Counted from the stretch's first letter, positions 10,696-23,456 are shown. The stretch: DNA of 64,000 nt from Escherichia coli (GCF_003334765.1 NZ_QOWT01000013.1); one strand, 5' to 3'. The notes: generated from the sequence alone by a model not told the origin. Numbers and translations are program-made.

Positions 10696-12240
10696 TTACC
10701 CCTGTTGCTGCGTCGGTTGTTCACTCTGCATCGCGCTCGGCCCCAGACGGGCATATTTCTGCATCAGGTAGACTTCGGCGATTAAGAACAGGGTGTAAAG
10801 CCCTACGATCATGATCAGTGAGAAAGCCAGTTGTCCTGTGGTTAAAGCGGAGTGCGCGGAGTATGTCGGTAAGATGTCCTGTATCGCCCACGGCTGACGA
10901 CCAAACTCGGTCATAAACCACCCGGCTTCAATCGCAATCCACGGCAACGGCAAACTCCAGAGCGCCATTTTCAGCACCCAGCGATGCTGGTCGATTTTGC
11001 CACGCAGCGTCTGGACAAGCGCAATCAGCATCACCAGTAGCAGCAGGGAACCACAGCCCACCATGATGCGGAAACTCCAGAATACCGGCGCAACCTGAGG
11101 TATCGCGCCACGCATCGCCGCCTGGTACTGTGCGGCTGTGACATGATTCATATCCGGCGCATAGCGGGAGAGCAACATGCCGTAGCCCAGGTCACCTTCC
11201 AGTCCCCGGAATGCCTGCAACACATGCGGCTCACGATTGCCTTGCGATATTTCCTGCATTAACAGCCAGGCCATACGTCCGCGTTGCAAGCGTGGGTAGG
11301 TTTCAGCCATCAAATTCTTCAGACCCGGCACGGGTTTATCTAATGAGTGAGTGGCGAGGATCCCTAGCAGCGCGGGAATTTTGAGGGCAAAGGCGTTACG
11401 CTCTTGATCCTGTTCCGGCCAGGCAACCACATGGAACGGTGCAGGTGCAGGTTCCGTTTGCCACTCCCCTTCCATCGCCGCCAGTTTTACCGGTTGTACT
11501 TGCGCGACTTCATACGCAGAACTGTCTCCGAGTTGCAGGGTACCGATAATCGCCAGAGTACCGAAGACGGAACCGATGGCAAACGAGCGTAATGCGACAT
11601 CGCGCTCCCGTCCGCGCAGTAAATACCAGGCGCTGATCGCCATAATAAACATGGCCCCGGTCACGTAGCCCGCCATTACGGTGTGCACAAATTTCACCTG
11701 GCTGACCGGATTAAAGACCAGCTCGCTGAAGCTGGTCATCTCCATACGCAGGGTGTCGATATCAAAATGCGCACCGGTCGGGTATTGCATCCAACCGTTG
11801 GCATTCAATATCCACAACGCAGAGAGATTTGAACCGAACGCCACCAGCCACGTCACCAGCAGGTGCTGGTATTTATTCAGCCGTTGCCAGCCGAAGAAGA
11901 ACAGCCCGACAAAGGTGGATTCGAGGAAGAAGGCCATTAATGCTTCCATCGCCAGCGGTGCGCCAAAAATATCGCCCACATAGTTGGAATAGAATGACCA
12001 GTTAGTACCAAACTGAAACTCCATGGTCAGGCCGGTAGCCACGCCAAGAGCAAAATTGATACCGAAGAGCTTACCCCAGAAGCGCGTCATATCGCGGTAG
12101 ATTGTTTTGCCGGTGACCACGTAAATGGTTTCCATAATAGCCAGCAAAAAAATCAGCCCCAGGGTAAGGGGTACAAATAAAAAGTGATACAGCGCGGTCA
12201 GAGCAAACTGCCAGCGCGATAAATCAATGACATCCCACAT
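10696..12240 (-). CDS. appC: AppC (CbdA) cytochrome bd-II oxidase subunit I
   Basis: ORF-track frame 10696..12246 trimmed to Met-3 (514 aa) with AGGAG upstream; recognised as AppC. Confidence 0.9.
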
Positions 12241-12373
12241 GCGCACTCCTGTAGGCGAAGAGAGAAAAATAACCCGATAATGGTAGATCTCCCTCTTTAT
12301 CCTGAAACTCTACGACCAGAGGTATTCGCCGATTGCGATATTCATAAGACTGAAAGCGATACTTACCGTCTTT

Positions 12374-13231
12374 TTACGTCGGTGCAGCTTCCGCCAGCCA
12401 CTGACATACCTCGCTAAGCCGCTGCGCAGAGTCGACCAAATCTTCTGGCGCTGCCAGCACCACTTCCGGTATTGGGCAGATTTCATAACTTTCCAGTAAC
12501 GGGCCTTTTAAGGTGTCCGTACAGCGTAAATGCCAGACATGGCGTAACCCCGTGGCGTTGATATAGCTCTCGCCATAGCCAATGGTACGAATCTGAATAT
12601 TTCCCGGCCCACAGAGACGTGAGAGAAAAAGCCGATCAGCCTCGCTGATGGGTAATTGCGTCAGATTAATGCTGTGCGGCTGCGCGTCGGGGTTACGTAC
12701 ATGTGCCAGTAACTCATGCGCCAACGGTAGGCCATTCATCAGGCCATCAATGGGCGGCGGTAACAGCGAATCTGTCGGCAAGAGATTTTGCGTTGCCGCC
12801 TGCCACAACGCCAGCGGCGCGCAGCCAGCCTCCAGTTTGTCCTCCAGCAACTTTTCGCCGCGACGTCTGCGCACCCGCCATAATCCGCAGAAGATCGCCT
12901 CCTGTATTTCACTTTCACTGTCGTCAGCCTGCTGAATGCGCACTGACACTTCCCCTTCCCCGAGAAGCGTATTGATAAAGTGACGATCGTCGGCGTTGAG
13001 ATTTAACAGATCGACTGCCAGCACCTCGCCCAACGGCGGTTGGCGTTCGCTTAGTTGATGTTGTAACTCGTTTAACAGCGCAATCACCTGCGGGCTGTGA
13101 GCACATTGCTCCAGGGCCGCCATACTCGGTTCATCATTCACCTGACAGGTGATCGGCAGTGGATTCATGCTGAAACTGTCATCGTTCGGTTGCGTTCCTG
13201 GCCCCAGCAGATGGAAAAAAGTTTCGCTCAT
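12374..13231 (-). CDS. hyaF: HyaF hydrogenase-1 operon protein
   Basis: ORF-track frame 12374..13291 trimmed to Met-21 (285 aa); start overlaps hyaE stop by 4 nt. Confidence 0.85.
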   Translation of the reverse strand: MSETFFHLLGPGTQPNDDSFSMNPLPITCQVNDEPSMAALEQCAHSPQVIALLNELQHQLSERQPPLGEVLAVDLLNLNADDRHFINTLLGEGEVSVRIQQADDSESEIQEAIFCGLWRVRRRRGEKLLEDKLEAGCAPLALWQAATQNLLPTDSLLPPPIDGLMNGLPLAHELLAHVRNPDAQPHSINLTQLPISEADRLFLSRLCGPGNIQIRTIGYGESYINATGLRHVWHLRCTDTLKGPLLESYEICPIPEVVLAAPEDLVDSAQRLSEVCQWLAEAAPT

Positions 13232-13626
13232 GAGGCACGCTCCTGCTGCGGTTCGACAAGCCCGCGCATCAGGTTTATCAGTTCCGCCCACGGGTGAATA
13301 CCATTCAGCACGCCGCGATAGTTTCCGCCGGTAAACACTAAAGTGGCAGGAAAGCGAAAGACGCCAAAGCGATCGCCGATGGCTTCGCTCTGCTCAAGGT
13401 CAGCAATCGCCACCTGCCATGTATAGTCGGGAAACTCGCGCAGTAATTCGCCAATCATTACCGGATTATCGCTGACCTCTGGCGTGCGTTTCGGGTCACT
13501 GCTTAATAACACCACGCCGTCTGGCGCTTGCGTAAGCCAGTCGTCAAGACGGGATTCACTGACTGGCGTCCAGCCGCGCGCCAGCATTCGTTGCCACAAC
13601 GCATCAAATGGCGTGTCGTTGCTCAT
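13228..13626 (-). CDS. hyaE: HyaE hydrogenase-1 operon protein (Tat-signal chaperone-like)
   Basis: ORF track 13228..13626, 132 aa; 4-nt overlap with hyaD. Confidence 0.85.
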
Positions 13627-14210
13627 CCCTGCTCCTCCTGTGTCATCCGGTACTGGCGCAAGCGAACGCCTTCGTAATTTTCCATCGACAGACAGTCATA
13701 ATTGAGACAGCGCGATTCATTAGCCGGTTGCGGCACAATTCCCCACGCAGCAAGCTGCGCCAGCGCCGCCTGTTCCGCAGCGGGCAGTTGCTCCCGTGCC
13801 AGTTCGCTCAGGCTACCGCCGTAGTCGTCGAGCATTGCGGGTTGCAGACCGACGAGGGCAATATGTGCTGGCAGATGTCCGCGGATATCCGCCAGCGCCA
13901 ACACTTCGGAGAAACTGTTCTGATGCAGGCTCATTTTCTTCGCGCTGAGATAAGCCGGAATGCGTTCTCCGGCATAGGTTCGCAGCGTTCCAGGTTCCAG
14001 CCCGTAGTCAATGGCATCGAGAATCAACAGATGGCTGGCGCTTTCGACATACCCCAGCAAGTTCAGTCCCTGAGTACCGCCATCGACAATCTCCACATAC
14101 TCGGGCCAGTGGTAATGGGCATACAGCCGTTCCGCCACCCGCACGCCGAAGCCTTCATCGGCCCACAGCAGGTTGCCCAGCCCCATGACCACCACGCGTT
14201 GCTCGCTCAT
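13623..14210 (-). CDS. hyaD: HyaD hydrogenase-1 maturation endopeptidase
   Basis: ORF track 13623..14210, 195 aa; recognised as HyaD. Confidence 0.9.
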
Positions 14211-14914
14211 GAACGCTCCTTGTTACTTATTTTGCCAAATTTGTGGCTACGGTAGCCGTTGACCATGGTGGAGATCACCGTGTCGTCGGACATGATGTCT
14301 TCACGCAGCGCCATGTAGACATGACCGATCACAAACGCGCCAATCAGCCACATCCCCAGCCGATGCCAGCTGTGAATGTCCATTGAGTTGCCACCCGTCC
14401 AGTAGAAAAATTCCACCACATAACGGAACGGCGCAAAAATAGCGTACTGGCTGTGTTCGCTGTACAGCGCAAAACCAGTGATGATCATAAAGACCGACAT
14501 CAGGAAATAGCCGAACATCGCCGCCTGGGCGATGGGATTATGGCCTATATCGGCACTCGGACGTTTTGCCAGAAACAGATACCAGCGGATTTCATACCAC
14601 ACGCCCTGCCACCAGCTTTTACGCCATACCGGCACGATAAACAGCTCGCGGGAGTATCGATTGCCAACAAAAGCCCAGTAGATCCGCATCAGCAAAACCA
14701 CGGTAAAAACCATCCCGGCGCTGAAGTGAATTAACCTGATGTAGCCCATATAGAACAGATACGTCGCCTCGCCGCTGACGGAAGGTAGCGGCTTGCCGAT
14801 AAAGTATCCGGTGACCATCAACACCGCCATGCATAACACCGTCAACCAGTGCCAGATGCGCACTGGCGCTTCAAAGACATAGTGGCTGACAACGTTGTCG
14901 CTTTTCTGTTGCAT
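14207..14914 (-). CDS. hyaC: HyaC hydrogenase-1 cytochrome b subunit
   Basis: ORF track 14207..14914, 235 aa, four hydrophobic helices. Confidence 0.9.
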
Positions 14915-14932
14915 GATGATTCTCCTTCGCTG

Positions 14933-16726
14933 TTAACGCACCTGCACGGAGATCAGCTCGCTACCGTCGTCACCCAGCACGTGTGTTGAACAGGCGAGGC
15001 ACGGGTCAAAGCTGTGCAGAGTACGCAGGATCTCCAGCGGTTGCTCGGGGATCGCCATTTTGGTGTTCATCAGCGCCGCTTCATAAGCGCCAATCTGCCC
15101 TTTGGGATCGCGCGGGCTGGCGTTCCAGGTGGTCGGCACCACGCACTGGTAGAGATCAATCTTGCCATCGCGAATGGCGGCCCAGTGGCCTAACGCCCCG
15201 CGCGGCGCTTCGGTAAAACCGACACCACGGCACTCTGTCGGCCAGGTTGCAGGTTCCCATTTTTCCGTGGAAGCAGTGGCGAGATTGCCGTTTTTCAGGT
15301 TGGTCATCAGCTTGTCGAAGAAATACTGCAACTTATCTGCGGCCCACTGCGCTTCGTGCGCGCGGCACAAAATGCGGCCTAACGTTGACTGGATACCGGA
15401 AAGCGGCAGGTTCAACGCCGACATCATGCGATCGACCGACTCAACGGTCGCAGCATCGCCTTTGTGATAAGCGATTAACGTGCGCGCCAGCGGCCCCACT
15501 TCCATCGCGTTACCGCGCCAGCGTGGCGCTTTGATCCACGAGTAGCGTTCCTGTTCATTCAGCTGCTGAATGTTGGTATCGCTGCCTTTGACATCGCCGG
15601 GGTTGTACCACGGGTCGGTGATGCCATCGAACGGATGACGCCCGACCTGATCGTTGGGATATCGATACCAGGCGTGGTCGACAAACTCCTGCACCTGCTG
15701 CGGATCAACCAAATCCACTGGCAGCACATTGTTGAAGTCGCCGTTAATCACCGCGCCGCCAGGCATCAGCAGACTTTTCTCGCCAAAGTCGTTGGCAATA
15801 TCCGGGAATGCGCCGTAGCTGAGAACGCATTTATCAGAAAGACCAGTGCCGATTTCGCTCCACGGTTTGTTGAACTGACCGATGGCTAAGGCGTCGGGGA
15901 TCATCACGTTGTTAATGAAGTCCGCCGTGCGGGTGATAATTGACTGCACCAGGTTCAGGCGTTCCATATTGACTGCCCCGACCGCGCCGCTTTCGTCAAT
16001 GTTGATGGCGCAAGGCATCCCGCCGACAATCCAGTTTGGATGCGGGTTTTTACCGCCAAAGACCGCGTGGATTTTGACAATTTCACGCTGGAAATCGAGA
16101 GCTTCGAGATAGTGGGCAAAGCCCATCAGGTTAGCTTCTGGCGGCAGTTTGTACTGCGGGTGCCCCCAGTAGCCATTGCGGAAGATCCCCAACTGCCCGC
16201 CTTCAACAAATTTTTTCAGGCGGTTTTGTACGTCGAAGAAATAGCCAGGGGATGATTTCGGCCAAGAGGAGAGACTTTGCGCCAGTTCGGAGGTTTTCCG
16301 CGGGTCGGCTTTCAGCGCATCTAACACATCGATCCAGTCCATCCCGGCAAGCTGATAGAAGTGCACCAGATGATCGTGGCACCAGAGCGTTGCCAGCATA
16401 ATGTTGCGGATGATATTGGCGTTGTCCGGCACTTTAATACCGATAGCATCTTCGATGGCGTAAACCGAAGCCAGGGCGTGTACGCCAGTACAGACGCCGC
16501 AGATACGTTCAACGAACGCCCACGCATCGCGCGGGTCGCGCCCTTGTAGGATGATCTCCAGCCCGCGAAACATGGTGCCGCAGGAGACGGCATTGGTGAT
16601 CACATTCTGATCGTTAATATTCACTTCGCAGCGCATGTGGCCTTCGATGCGCGTAATCGGGTCGACCACCAGGCGGCGTCCGGCATTATTGATGGTGTAT
16701 CCCTGAGTTTCGTACTGAGTGCTCAT
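14933..16726 (-). CDS. hyaB: HyaB [NiFe] hydrogenase-1 large subunit
   Basis: ORF track 14933..16726, 597 aa; N-terminal RxCGxC and C-terminal DPCLACSTH nickel-binding motifs. Confidence 0.9.
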   Translation of the reverse strand: MSTQYETQGYTINNAGRRLVVDPITRIEGHMRCEVNINDQNVITNAVSCGTMFRGLEIILQGRDPRDAWAFVERICGVCTGVHALASVYAIEDAIGIKVPDNANIIRNIMLATLWCHDHLVHFYQLAGMDWIDVLDALKADPRKTSELAQSLSSWPKSSPGYFFDVQNRLKKFVEGGQLGIFRNGYWGHPQYKLPPEANLMGFAHYLEALDFQREIVKIHAVFGGKNPHPNWIVGGMPCAINIDESGAVGAVNMERLNLVQSIITRTADFINNVMIPDALAIGQFNKPWSEIGTGLSDKCVLSYGAFPDIANDFGEKSLLMPGGAVINGDFNNVLPVDLVDPQQVQEFVDHAWYRYPNDQVGRHPFDGITDPWYNPGDVKGSDTNIQQLNEQERYSWIKAPRWRGNAMEVGPLARTLIAYHKGDAATVESVDRMMSALNLPLSGIQSTLGRILCRAHEAQWAADKLQYFFDKLMTNLKNGNLATASTEKWEPATWPTECRGVGFTEAPRGALGHWAAIRDGKIDLYQCVVPTTWNASPRDPKGQIGAYEAALMNTKMAIPEQPLEILRTLHSFDPCLACSTHVLGDDGSELISVQVR

Positions 16727-17841
16727 GCCTGTTTATCCTCATTGCCTGGCTGATGTTCGGTTTCTGTAGGTTGCTGGTTATGACGTCTGCGCTGGTCAAC
16801 GGCGCTGGCGACTGCGTGCACACCAACAGCCGCTGCCACCACGCCAAGCGCGGTTAAACCGACGGTATCGGCGGTGGAATGAGTACCCATTTGCGGAATA
16901 TCGACCACGCGGCTGTAGAACGAACCGCGATCCCAGAAACCATTTTCCGCACAGCCCAGGCAGCCGTGACCAGACTGGATTGGGAAAGAAACGCCATCAT
17001 TCCAGCGTGTGGAGGAACAGGCGTTATAGGTGGTAGGCCCTTTGCAGCCCATTTTGTACAGGCAGTAACCTTTGCGGGCAGCGTCATCATCCCAACTCTG
17101 GACGAACTCTCCGGCGTCGAAGTGGGCGCGGCGATAGCATTTATCGTGGATTCGCTGACCATAGAACATCAGCGGACGGCCCATTCTGTCGACATCTGGC
17201 AAGCGATCAAAGGTCACCATGTAAGTAATGATGGCGCTCATCACATCCGGGATCGGCGGGCAGCCAGGTACTTTGATAATGGGTTTGTCGGTGATGACTT
17301 TGTCGATAGGCGTTGCCTGCGTCGGATTGGGTCGCGCGGCCTGCACGCAGCCCCAGGACGCGCAGGTTCCCCAGGCGATAATCGCGCTGGCTCCGGCAGC
17401 GGCACGTTTGAGTTTCTCAATAAACGGTCGACCGCTGCTGATACAGAACATCCCCTGCTCGCCCAGCGGCGGATTACCTTCTACTGCGAGGATATATTTG
17501 CCATTGTATTGCGTGATGATGTCTTCAAAGACTTCTTCCGCCTGGGTTCCGGCGGCAGCCATCAAAGTATCGTCGTAATCGAGGGAAATCAGGGAAAGGA
17601 TGACGTCCTTCGCCAGTGGGTGAGCGGAGCGGATAAAAGATTCGGTACAGCAGGTGCATTCCAGACCGTGGATCCATACCACCGGAATGCGCGGTTTGTT
17701 CTCCAGCGCCCAGGCAATCTTTGGTGCCATTCCCGCGCCTAATCCCAGCGACGTGGCAGCCAGACTACAATATTTGAGAAAGCTGCGCCGGGTAACGCCC
17801 TGACGCCGCATGGCCTGGTAAAATGTTTCCTCGTTATTCAT
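16723..17841 (-). CDS. hyaA: HyaA [NiFe] hydrogenase-1 small subunit
   Basis: ORF-track frame 16723..17868 trimmed to Met-10 (372 aa) with GGAGG upstream; twin-arginine signal RRSFLK. Confidence 0.9.
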   Translation of the reverse strand: MNNEETFYQAMRRQGVTRRSFLKYCSLAATSLGLGAGMAPKIAWALENKPRIPVVWIHGLECTCCTESFIRSAHPLAKDVILSLISLDYDDTLMAAAGTQAEEVFEDIITQYNGKYILAVEGNPPLGEQGMFCISSGRPFIEKLKRAAAGASAIIAWGTCASWGCVQAARPNPTQATPIDKVITDKPIIKVPGCPPIPDVMSAIITYMVTFDRLPDVDRMGRPLMFYGQRIHDKCYRRAHFDAGEFVQSWDDDAARKGYCLYKMGCKGPTTYNACSSTRWNDGVSFPIQSGHGCLGCAENGFWDRGSFYSRVVDIPQMGTHSTADTVGLTALGVVAAAVGVHAVASAVDQRRRHNQQPTETEHQPGNEDKQA

Positions 17842-18226
17842 ATCGCACGTCTCTCCTCCTTGCGACACCGGCAGGACACCGGGCGCTTATGGTCGGCAAG
17901 CGACGTCCCTGTAGCAAGGCAAACCATCGCTTCACGTGAGATGCTGAAAACGAAAGCTCATCCTTCTGCACTGGCGCACGTCGCCAGAAAGTATTGTTAA
18001 TAAAGCGTAGTGAAACTTTTGCACAAAACAATACAAACTGTGTGGATTTATCTTTTAGCGATAAAAATGGACCTATTTTTCTTTTGGCCGGGCGGTGGGG
18101 ATGTTTAGCCGGTTGCTAAACGAGTAAAAGAGAAGGAATTCATGGTGATGAAATGATCAATCTGCTGTTATTTCACGCTATCAATGCACTTTTGGCTGTT
18201 TTTCAGGCAAACAAACAAATTAGGGG

Positions 18227-18255
18227 TTTACACGCCGCATCGGGATGTTTATAGT
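18227..18255 (+). promoter_or_regulatory. serT promoter (sigma-70 -35/-10 with GC-rich discriminator)
   Basis: TTTACA (18227-18232), 17-nt spacer, TATAGT (18250-18255), then GCGCGTC discriminator; 12 nt upstream of mature tRNA 5' end. Confidence 0.6.
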
Positions 18256-18267
18256 GCGCGTCATTCC

Positions 18268-18355
18268 GGAAGTGTGGCCGAGCGGTTGAAGGCACCGGTC
18301 TTGAAAACCGGCGACCCGAAAGGGTTCCAGAGTTCGAATCTCTGCGCTTCCGCCA
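18268..18355 (+). tRNA. serT: tRNA-Ser (anticodon UGA)
   Basis: 88-nt sequence GGAAGTGTGGCCGAGCGGTTGAAGG...TTCGAATCTCTGCGCTTCCGCCA with long variable arm, encoded CCA end and TGA anticodon in CTTGAAAA loop. Confidence 0.9.
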
Positions 18356-18364
18356 AATAAGATA

Positions 18365-18397
18365 AGGGGTTAGCTAAATGCTAACCCCTTTTTCTTT
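18365..18397 (+). terminator. Rho-independent terminator after serT
   Basis: AGGGGTTAGC-TAAAT-GCTAACCCCT stem-loop followed by TTTTCTTTT. Confidence 0.7.
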
Positions 18398-18561
18398 TGC
18401 CTGTCGAAATTCTCAGGGCGTTATATTTGCTTAATGACCTGATAATCCGCTGTTAAACCTGTTCCAGATCAAATGCGTAAAGATGGGTAAAACTTCTGGG
18501 TGCCCTTACGCATTATCATTATGCTGCTTAATTAATTACATCTGTCATAGAGAGTGACTCA

Positions 18562-19221
18562 ATGGATCGTATTGTTAGTTCTTCACATGACCGTACATCA
18601 CTGCTTAGCACCCATAAGGTGCTGCGTAATACCTATTTTCTGCTGAGCCTGACGCTGGCCTTTTCGGCGATTACCGCAACTGCCAGTACGGTGCTGATGC
18701 TGCCATCTCCGGGTCTGATTCTGACGCTGGTGGGTATGTATGGTTTGATGTTCCTGACCTATAAAACGGCGAATAAGCCGACCGGGATTATCTCCGCATT
18801 CGCCTTTACCGGTTTTCTGGGTTATATCCTCGGACCTATTCTGAACACCTATCTGTCTGCCGGAATGGGTGACGTAATCGCTATGGCACTGGGCGGAACG
18901 GCGTTAGTGTTCTTCTGCTGCTCTGCATATGTGCTGACCACCCGCAAAGATATGTCGTTCCTCGGCGGTATGCTGATGGCGGGTATTGTGGTGGTGCTGA
19001 TTGGTATGGTTGCGAATATCTTCCTGCAGCTGCCTGCTCTGCATCTGGCGATCAGCGCGGTCTTCATTCTGATCTCCTCTGGCGCTATCTTGTTTGAAAC
19101 CAGCAACATCATTCATGGCGGTGAGACGAACTATATTCGTGCCACGGTTAGCCTGTATGTTTCGCTGTACAACATCTTCGTCAGCCTGCTGAGCATTCTG
19201 GGCTTCGCTAGCCGCGATTAA
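18562..19221 (+). CDS. yccA: YccA, BAX-inhibitor-1 family inner-membrane protein (FtsH modulator)
   Basis: ORF track 18562..19221, 219 aa, seven hydrophobic segments; recognised as YccA. Confidence 0.9.
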   Translation: MDRIVSSSHDRTSLLSTHKVLRNTYFLLSLTLAFSAITATASTVLMLPSPGLILTLVGMYGLMFLTYKTANKPTGIISAFAFTGFLGYILGPILNTYLSAGMGDVIAMALGGTALVFFCCSAYVLTTRKDMSFLGGMLMAGIVVVLIGMVANIFLQLPALHLAISAVFILISSGAILFETSNIIHGGETNYIRATVSLYVSLYNIFVSLLSILGFASRD

Positions 19222-19243
19222 TCTCACCCGCTAACACTTTCAT

Positions 19244-19275
19244 AGCCTCGCTTTATGCGGGGCTTTGTTTTTTGT
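19244..19275 (+). terminator. Rho-independent terminator after yccA
   Basis: AGCCTCGC-TTTAT-GCGGGGCT hairpin followed by TTGTTTTTTGTT. Confidence 0.55.
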
Positions 19276-19311
19276 TACACTGCCGCCAGTCTGATTAAGG
19301 TAGTAATAATT

Positions 19312-19641
19312 ATGCTGATCTTCGAAGGTAAAGAGATAGAAACGGATACCGAAGGCTATCTCAAAGAAAGCAGCCAGTGGAGTGAGCCGCTGGCTGTGGT
19401 GATTGCAGAGAACGAAGGGATTTCGCTGTCACCGGAACACTGGGAAGTGGTGCGTTTTGTGCGTGATTTCTATCTGGAATTCAATACTTCTCCGGCGATT
19501 CGTATGCTGGTAAAAGCGATGGCGAATAAATTTGGCGAAGAAAAAGGTAACAGCCGCTATTTATACCGACTGTTTCCGAAAGGTCCGGCTAAGCAAGCCA
19601 CCAAAATTGCTGGCCTGCCAAAACCGGTAAAATGTATTTAA
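19312..19641 (+). CDS. tusE: TusE (YccK) sulfur-relay protein for tRNA 2-thiouridine synthesis
   Basis: ORF-track frame 19255..19641 trimmed to Met-20 (109 aa) with TAAGG upstream; DsrC-like, C-terminal PKPVKCI. Confidence 0.85.
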
Positions 19642-19916
19642 CGGATACGAAAATCGGTTAATTCCCCCGAGGGATGATGCGGCTCGCTGAGCACCCGTTC
19701 TACACGCGCAGAACGCGGGCCGCCACTCTTTAACCACTGCATTAATTTTTCCACCTGCCCTTCTTCACCGCAAGCAACCACTTCCACGCTGCCATCGTCA
19801 AGATTTTTGGCGTACCCGGTTAAACCCAGTCTTTTCGCTTCGTACTGTGTGGTGTAGCGAAATCCTACGCCCTGAACTCGCCCGTAAACCCAGGCAATTA
19901 TGCAGACTTTCGACAT
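19638..19916 (-). CDS. acyP: AcyP (YccX) acylphosphatase
   Basis: ORF-track frame 19638..20129 trimmed to Met-72 (92 aa); acylphosphatase signature VQGVGFR. Confidence 0.85.
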
Positions 19917-20010
19917 TGCTGCTCTCCTTATCCTTAATGGACGCGTTGCAAATCCATGGAAAACTCCGGACAATGACGCCCATTTCTTTGCATCGACAGA
20001 AAAGTAAATT

Positions 20011-21201
20011 ATGAGTGTACGTTTAGTGTTAGCCAAAGGGCGCGAAAAATCATTACTTCGTCGCCATCCGTGGGTCTTTTCCGGGGCCGTTGCCCGCATG
20101 GAAGGTAAAGCCAGCCTCGGTGAAACCATCGATATTGTTGATCATCAGGGAAAATGGTTAGCACGCGGCGCTTATTCGCCAGCTTCGCAAATCCGGGCGC
20201 GCGTCTGGACGTTTGACCCGTCTGAGTCTATCGACATTGCTTTTTTTTCCCGCCGTTTGCAACAAGCACAAAAATGGCGTGACTGGCTGGCGCAAAAAGA
20301 TGGCCTCGACAGCTATCGTTTAATCGCCGGAGAATCTGATGGCCTGCCGGGTATTACTATCGATCGTTTCGGTAATTTTCTGGTGCTGCAACTGCTGAGT
20401 GCTGGGGCAGAATATCAGCGCGCGGCATTAATTAGTGCCCTGCAAACGCTGTACCCGGAATGTTCGATTTACGATCGCAGCGACGTCGCGGTACGTAAAA
20501 AAGAAGGAATGGAGCTGACCCAGGGCCCCGTCACCGGCGAGTTGCCACCTGCCCTGCTGCCGATTGAAGAACACGGAATGAAACTGCTGGTGGATATTCA
20601 GCACGGACACAAAACGGGCTACTACCTGGACCAGCGTGATAGCCGCCTGGCTACCCGCCGCTACGTTGAAAATAAACGTGTGCTGAACTGTTTCTCCTAT
20701 ACCGGTGGTTTCGCCGTATCGGCACTGATGGGCGGTTGCAGCCAGGTTGTCAGCGTTGATACCTCCCAGGAAGCGCTGGATATTGCACGGCAGAACGTTG
20801 AGCTGAACAAACTGGATCTGAGCAAGGCTGAGTTTGTCCGTGATGATGTCTTTAAATTGCTGCGTACTTATCGCGATCGCGGTGAAAAATTTGACGTTAT
20901 CGTGATGGACCCGCCGAAGTTTGTTGAGAATAAAAGCCAGTTGATGGGCGCGTGTCGTGGTTATAAAGACATCAACATGCTGGCGATTCAGCTGCTGAAT
21001 GAAGGCGGTATTCTCCTGACTTTCTCCTGTTCCGGTCTGATGACCAGCGATTTATTTCAGAAAATCATCGCGGATGCCGCAATTGATGCCGGTCGTGATG
21101 TACAATTTATAGAGCAGTTCCGTCAGGCAGCCGATCATCCGGTGATCGCTACCTATCCGGAAGGGCTATATCTGAAAGGGTTTGCCTGTCGCGTCATGTA
21201 A
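20011..21201 (+). CDS. rlmI: RlmI (YccW) 23S rRNA m5C1962 methyltransferase
   Basis: ORF track 20011..21201, 396 aa; SAM-dependent methyltransferase fold with PUA-like N-terminus. Confidence 0.9.
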
Positions 21202-21576
<375 letters not shown>

Positions 21577-21586
21577 TCCCTGAACA

Positions 21587-21622
21587 AATCCCCGGAAGGT
21601 TTTTGCCTTCCGGGGATTTTTT
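21587..21622. terminator. Bidirectional terminator between convergent hspQ and yccU
   Basis: AATCCCCGGAAGG-TTTTTG-CCTTCCGGGGATT hairpin with T-run on + strand; overlaps yccU stop. Confidence 0.7.
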
Positions 21623-22034
21623 ATTTGGCCAGGCCCAGGCGAGGGATCTCAATAGCCGGGCAGCGATCCATCACCACATTTAACCCGGCATCCCGTGCCA
21701 GTACTGCCGCTTGCTCATTAATCACCCCCAGTTGCATCCAGAGGGTTTTCGCGCCAATGGCAATAGCTTCCTGTGCCACGCCCCACGCCGCTTCTGAATT
21801 ACGGAAAACATCGACCATATCGACTTTTTCCGGAACGTCTGCCAGCGTGCCATACCCCTTCTGGCCCAGCAGCGTTTTGCCGGCAACTTTTGGCGAAACC
21901 GGAATGACGTGATACCCCTGGTCGAGTAGATATTTCATCACGCGATAGCTGGGACGATCGGGTTTGTCGCTTGCCCCCACCAGCGCAATGGTGTGAGTGG
22001 ACGTTAAAATGCCTGCAATATCGGTTTCTTTCAT
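21621..22034 (-). CDS. yccU: YccU, CoA-binding domain protein
   Basis: ORF-track frame 21621..22115 trimmed to Met-28 (137 aa); recognised as YccU. Confidence 0.8.
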   Translation of the reverse strand: MKETDIAGILTSTHTIALVGASDKPDRPSYRVMKYLLDQGYHVIPVSPKVAGKTLLGQKGYGTLADVPEKVDMVDVFRNSEAAWGVAQEAIAIGAKTLWMQLGVINEQAAVLARDAGLNVVMDRCPAIEIPRLGLAK

Positions 22035-22206
22035 TATTTCCTCCAGACTGTTTAACAAAGTGTACGACAAAGCCGACATGCCAACCATGCAGCTAATACG
22101 AATGAATGAGAGCAAAAGCGGGAAATATGTCTATATGTTAGTAAGTATGATTAAAGAAAAATTTTGACACATTATTATTCGGGCGGTCTTTTGACAGGAG
22201 CTACCT

Positions 22207-22869
22207 ATGAAAACCGGCATCGTGACCACCTTGATTGCATTATGTTTGCCGGTATCCGTTTTTGCCACCACGCTGCGGCTTTCAACCGATGTCGATCTTC
22301 TGGTACTCGACGGCAAGAAGGTTTCCAGCTCTCTGCTGCGCGGTGCGGACAGCATTGAACTGGATAATGGACCGCATCAGTTAGTGTTTCGCGTTGAGAA
22401 GACGATTCATCTTTCCAATAGTGAAGAACGGCTGTATATCTCCCCACCGCTGGTGGTCAGTTTTAATACCCAGCTCATCAACCAGGTCAATTTTCGCCTG
22501 CCTCGCCTGGAGAATGAGCGGGAAGCTAACCATTTTGATGCCGCGCCGCGCCTTGAATTGTTGGATGGCGATGCGACGCCGATTCCGGTAAAGCTGGATA
22601 TTCTCGCCATTACCTCAACGGCAAAAACGATTGATTATGAGGTCGAGGTTGAACGCTATAACAAATCCGCGAAACGCGCTTCACTACCGCAATTTGCCAC
22701 GATGATGGCAGATGACAGTACGCTGCTTTCGGGTGTTTCCGAGCTGGATGCTATTCCACCGCAGTCTCAGGTGCTCACAGAACAACGGCTGAAGTATTGG
22801 TTTAAACTGGCTGACCCACAAACGCGAAATACTTTCCTGCAGTGGGCGGAAAAACAACCATCTTCCTGA
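22207..22869 (+). CDS. yccT: YccT, secreted protein of unknown function (DUF2057 family)
   Basis: ORF track 22207..22869, 220 aa, AGGAG RBS, signal peptide. Confidence 0.8.
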
Positions 22870-22878
22870 GATTTTTGT

Positions 22879-22897
22879 GCCTGTGCGCAGGCTTTTT
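22879..22897 (+). terminator. Rho-independent terminator after yccT
   Basis: GCCTG-TGCG-CAGGC hairpin followed by TTTTT. Confidence 0.55.
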
Positions 22898-22964
22898 CGG
22901 TCTTTATCTTGCAGCGATAAGTGCTTACAGTAATCTGTAGGAAAGTTAACTACGGATGTACATT

Positions 22965-23423
22965 ATGGAACTGACGACTCGCACTTTACCTGCGCGGAAA
23001 CATATTGCGCTGGTGGCACACGATCACTGCAAACAAATGCTGATGAGCTGGGTGGAACGGCATCAACCGTTACTGGAACAACACGTACTGTATGCAACAG
23101 GCACTACCGGTAACTTAATTTCCCGCGCGACCGGCATGAACGTCAACGCGATGTTGAGTGGCCCAATGGGGGGTGACCAGCAGGTTGGCGCATTGATCTC
23201 AGAAGGGAAAATTGATGTATTGATTTTCTTCTGGGATCCACTAAATGCCGTGCCGCACGATCCTGACGTGAAAGCCTTGCTGCGTCTGGCGACGGTATGG
23301 AACATTCCGGTCGCCACCAACGTGGCAACGGCAGACTTCATAATCCAGTCGCCGCATTTCAACGACGCGGTCGATATTCTGATCCCCGATTATCAGCGTT
23401 ATCTCGCGGACCGTCTGAAGTAA
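22965..23423 (+). CDS. mgsA: MgsA methylglyoxal synthase
   Basis: ORF-track frame 22956..23423 trimmed to Met-4 (152 aa); recognised as MgsA. Confidence 0.9.
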
Positions 23424-23429
23424 TATTGC

Positions 23430-23456
23430 ACAGGTGGCAAACGCCACCTGTTTCTT
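23430..23456. terminator. Bidirectional terminator between convergent mgsA and helD
   Basis: ACAGGTGGC-AAAC-GCCACCTGT perfect hairpin followed by TTCTT; overlaps helD stop. Confidence 0.65.

Noticed and set aside
13608-17742. Long plus-strand ORFs antisense to hya genes (13608..14255, 215 aa; 16879..17742, 287 aa)
   Set aside because: They are embedded in recognised hyaD/hyaE and hyaA coding sequence; open antisense frames are common in such genes; no start context or recognisable domains.
18100-18560. Integrated element at the serT tRNA gene (tRNA genes are frequent integration sites)
   Set aside because: serT is flanked directly by the hyaA upstream region and yccA; I see no integrase gene and no direct repeat of the tRNA 3' end nearby.
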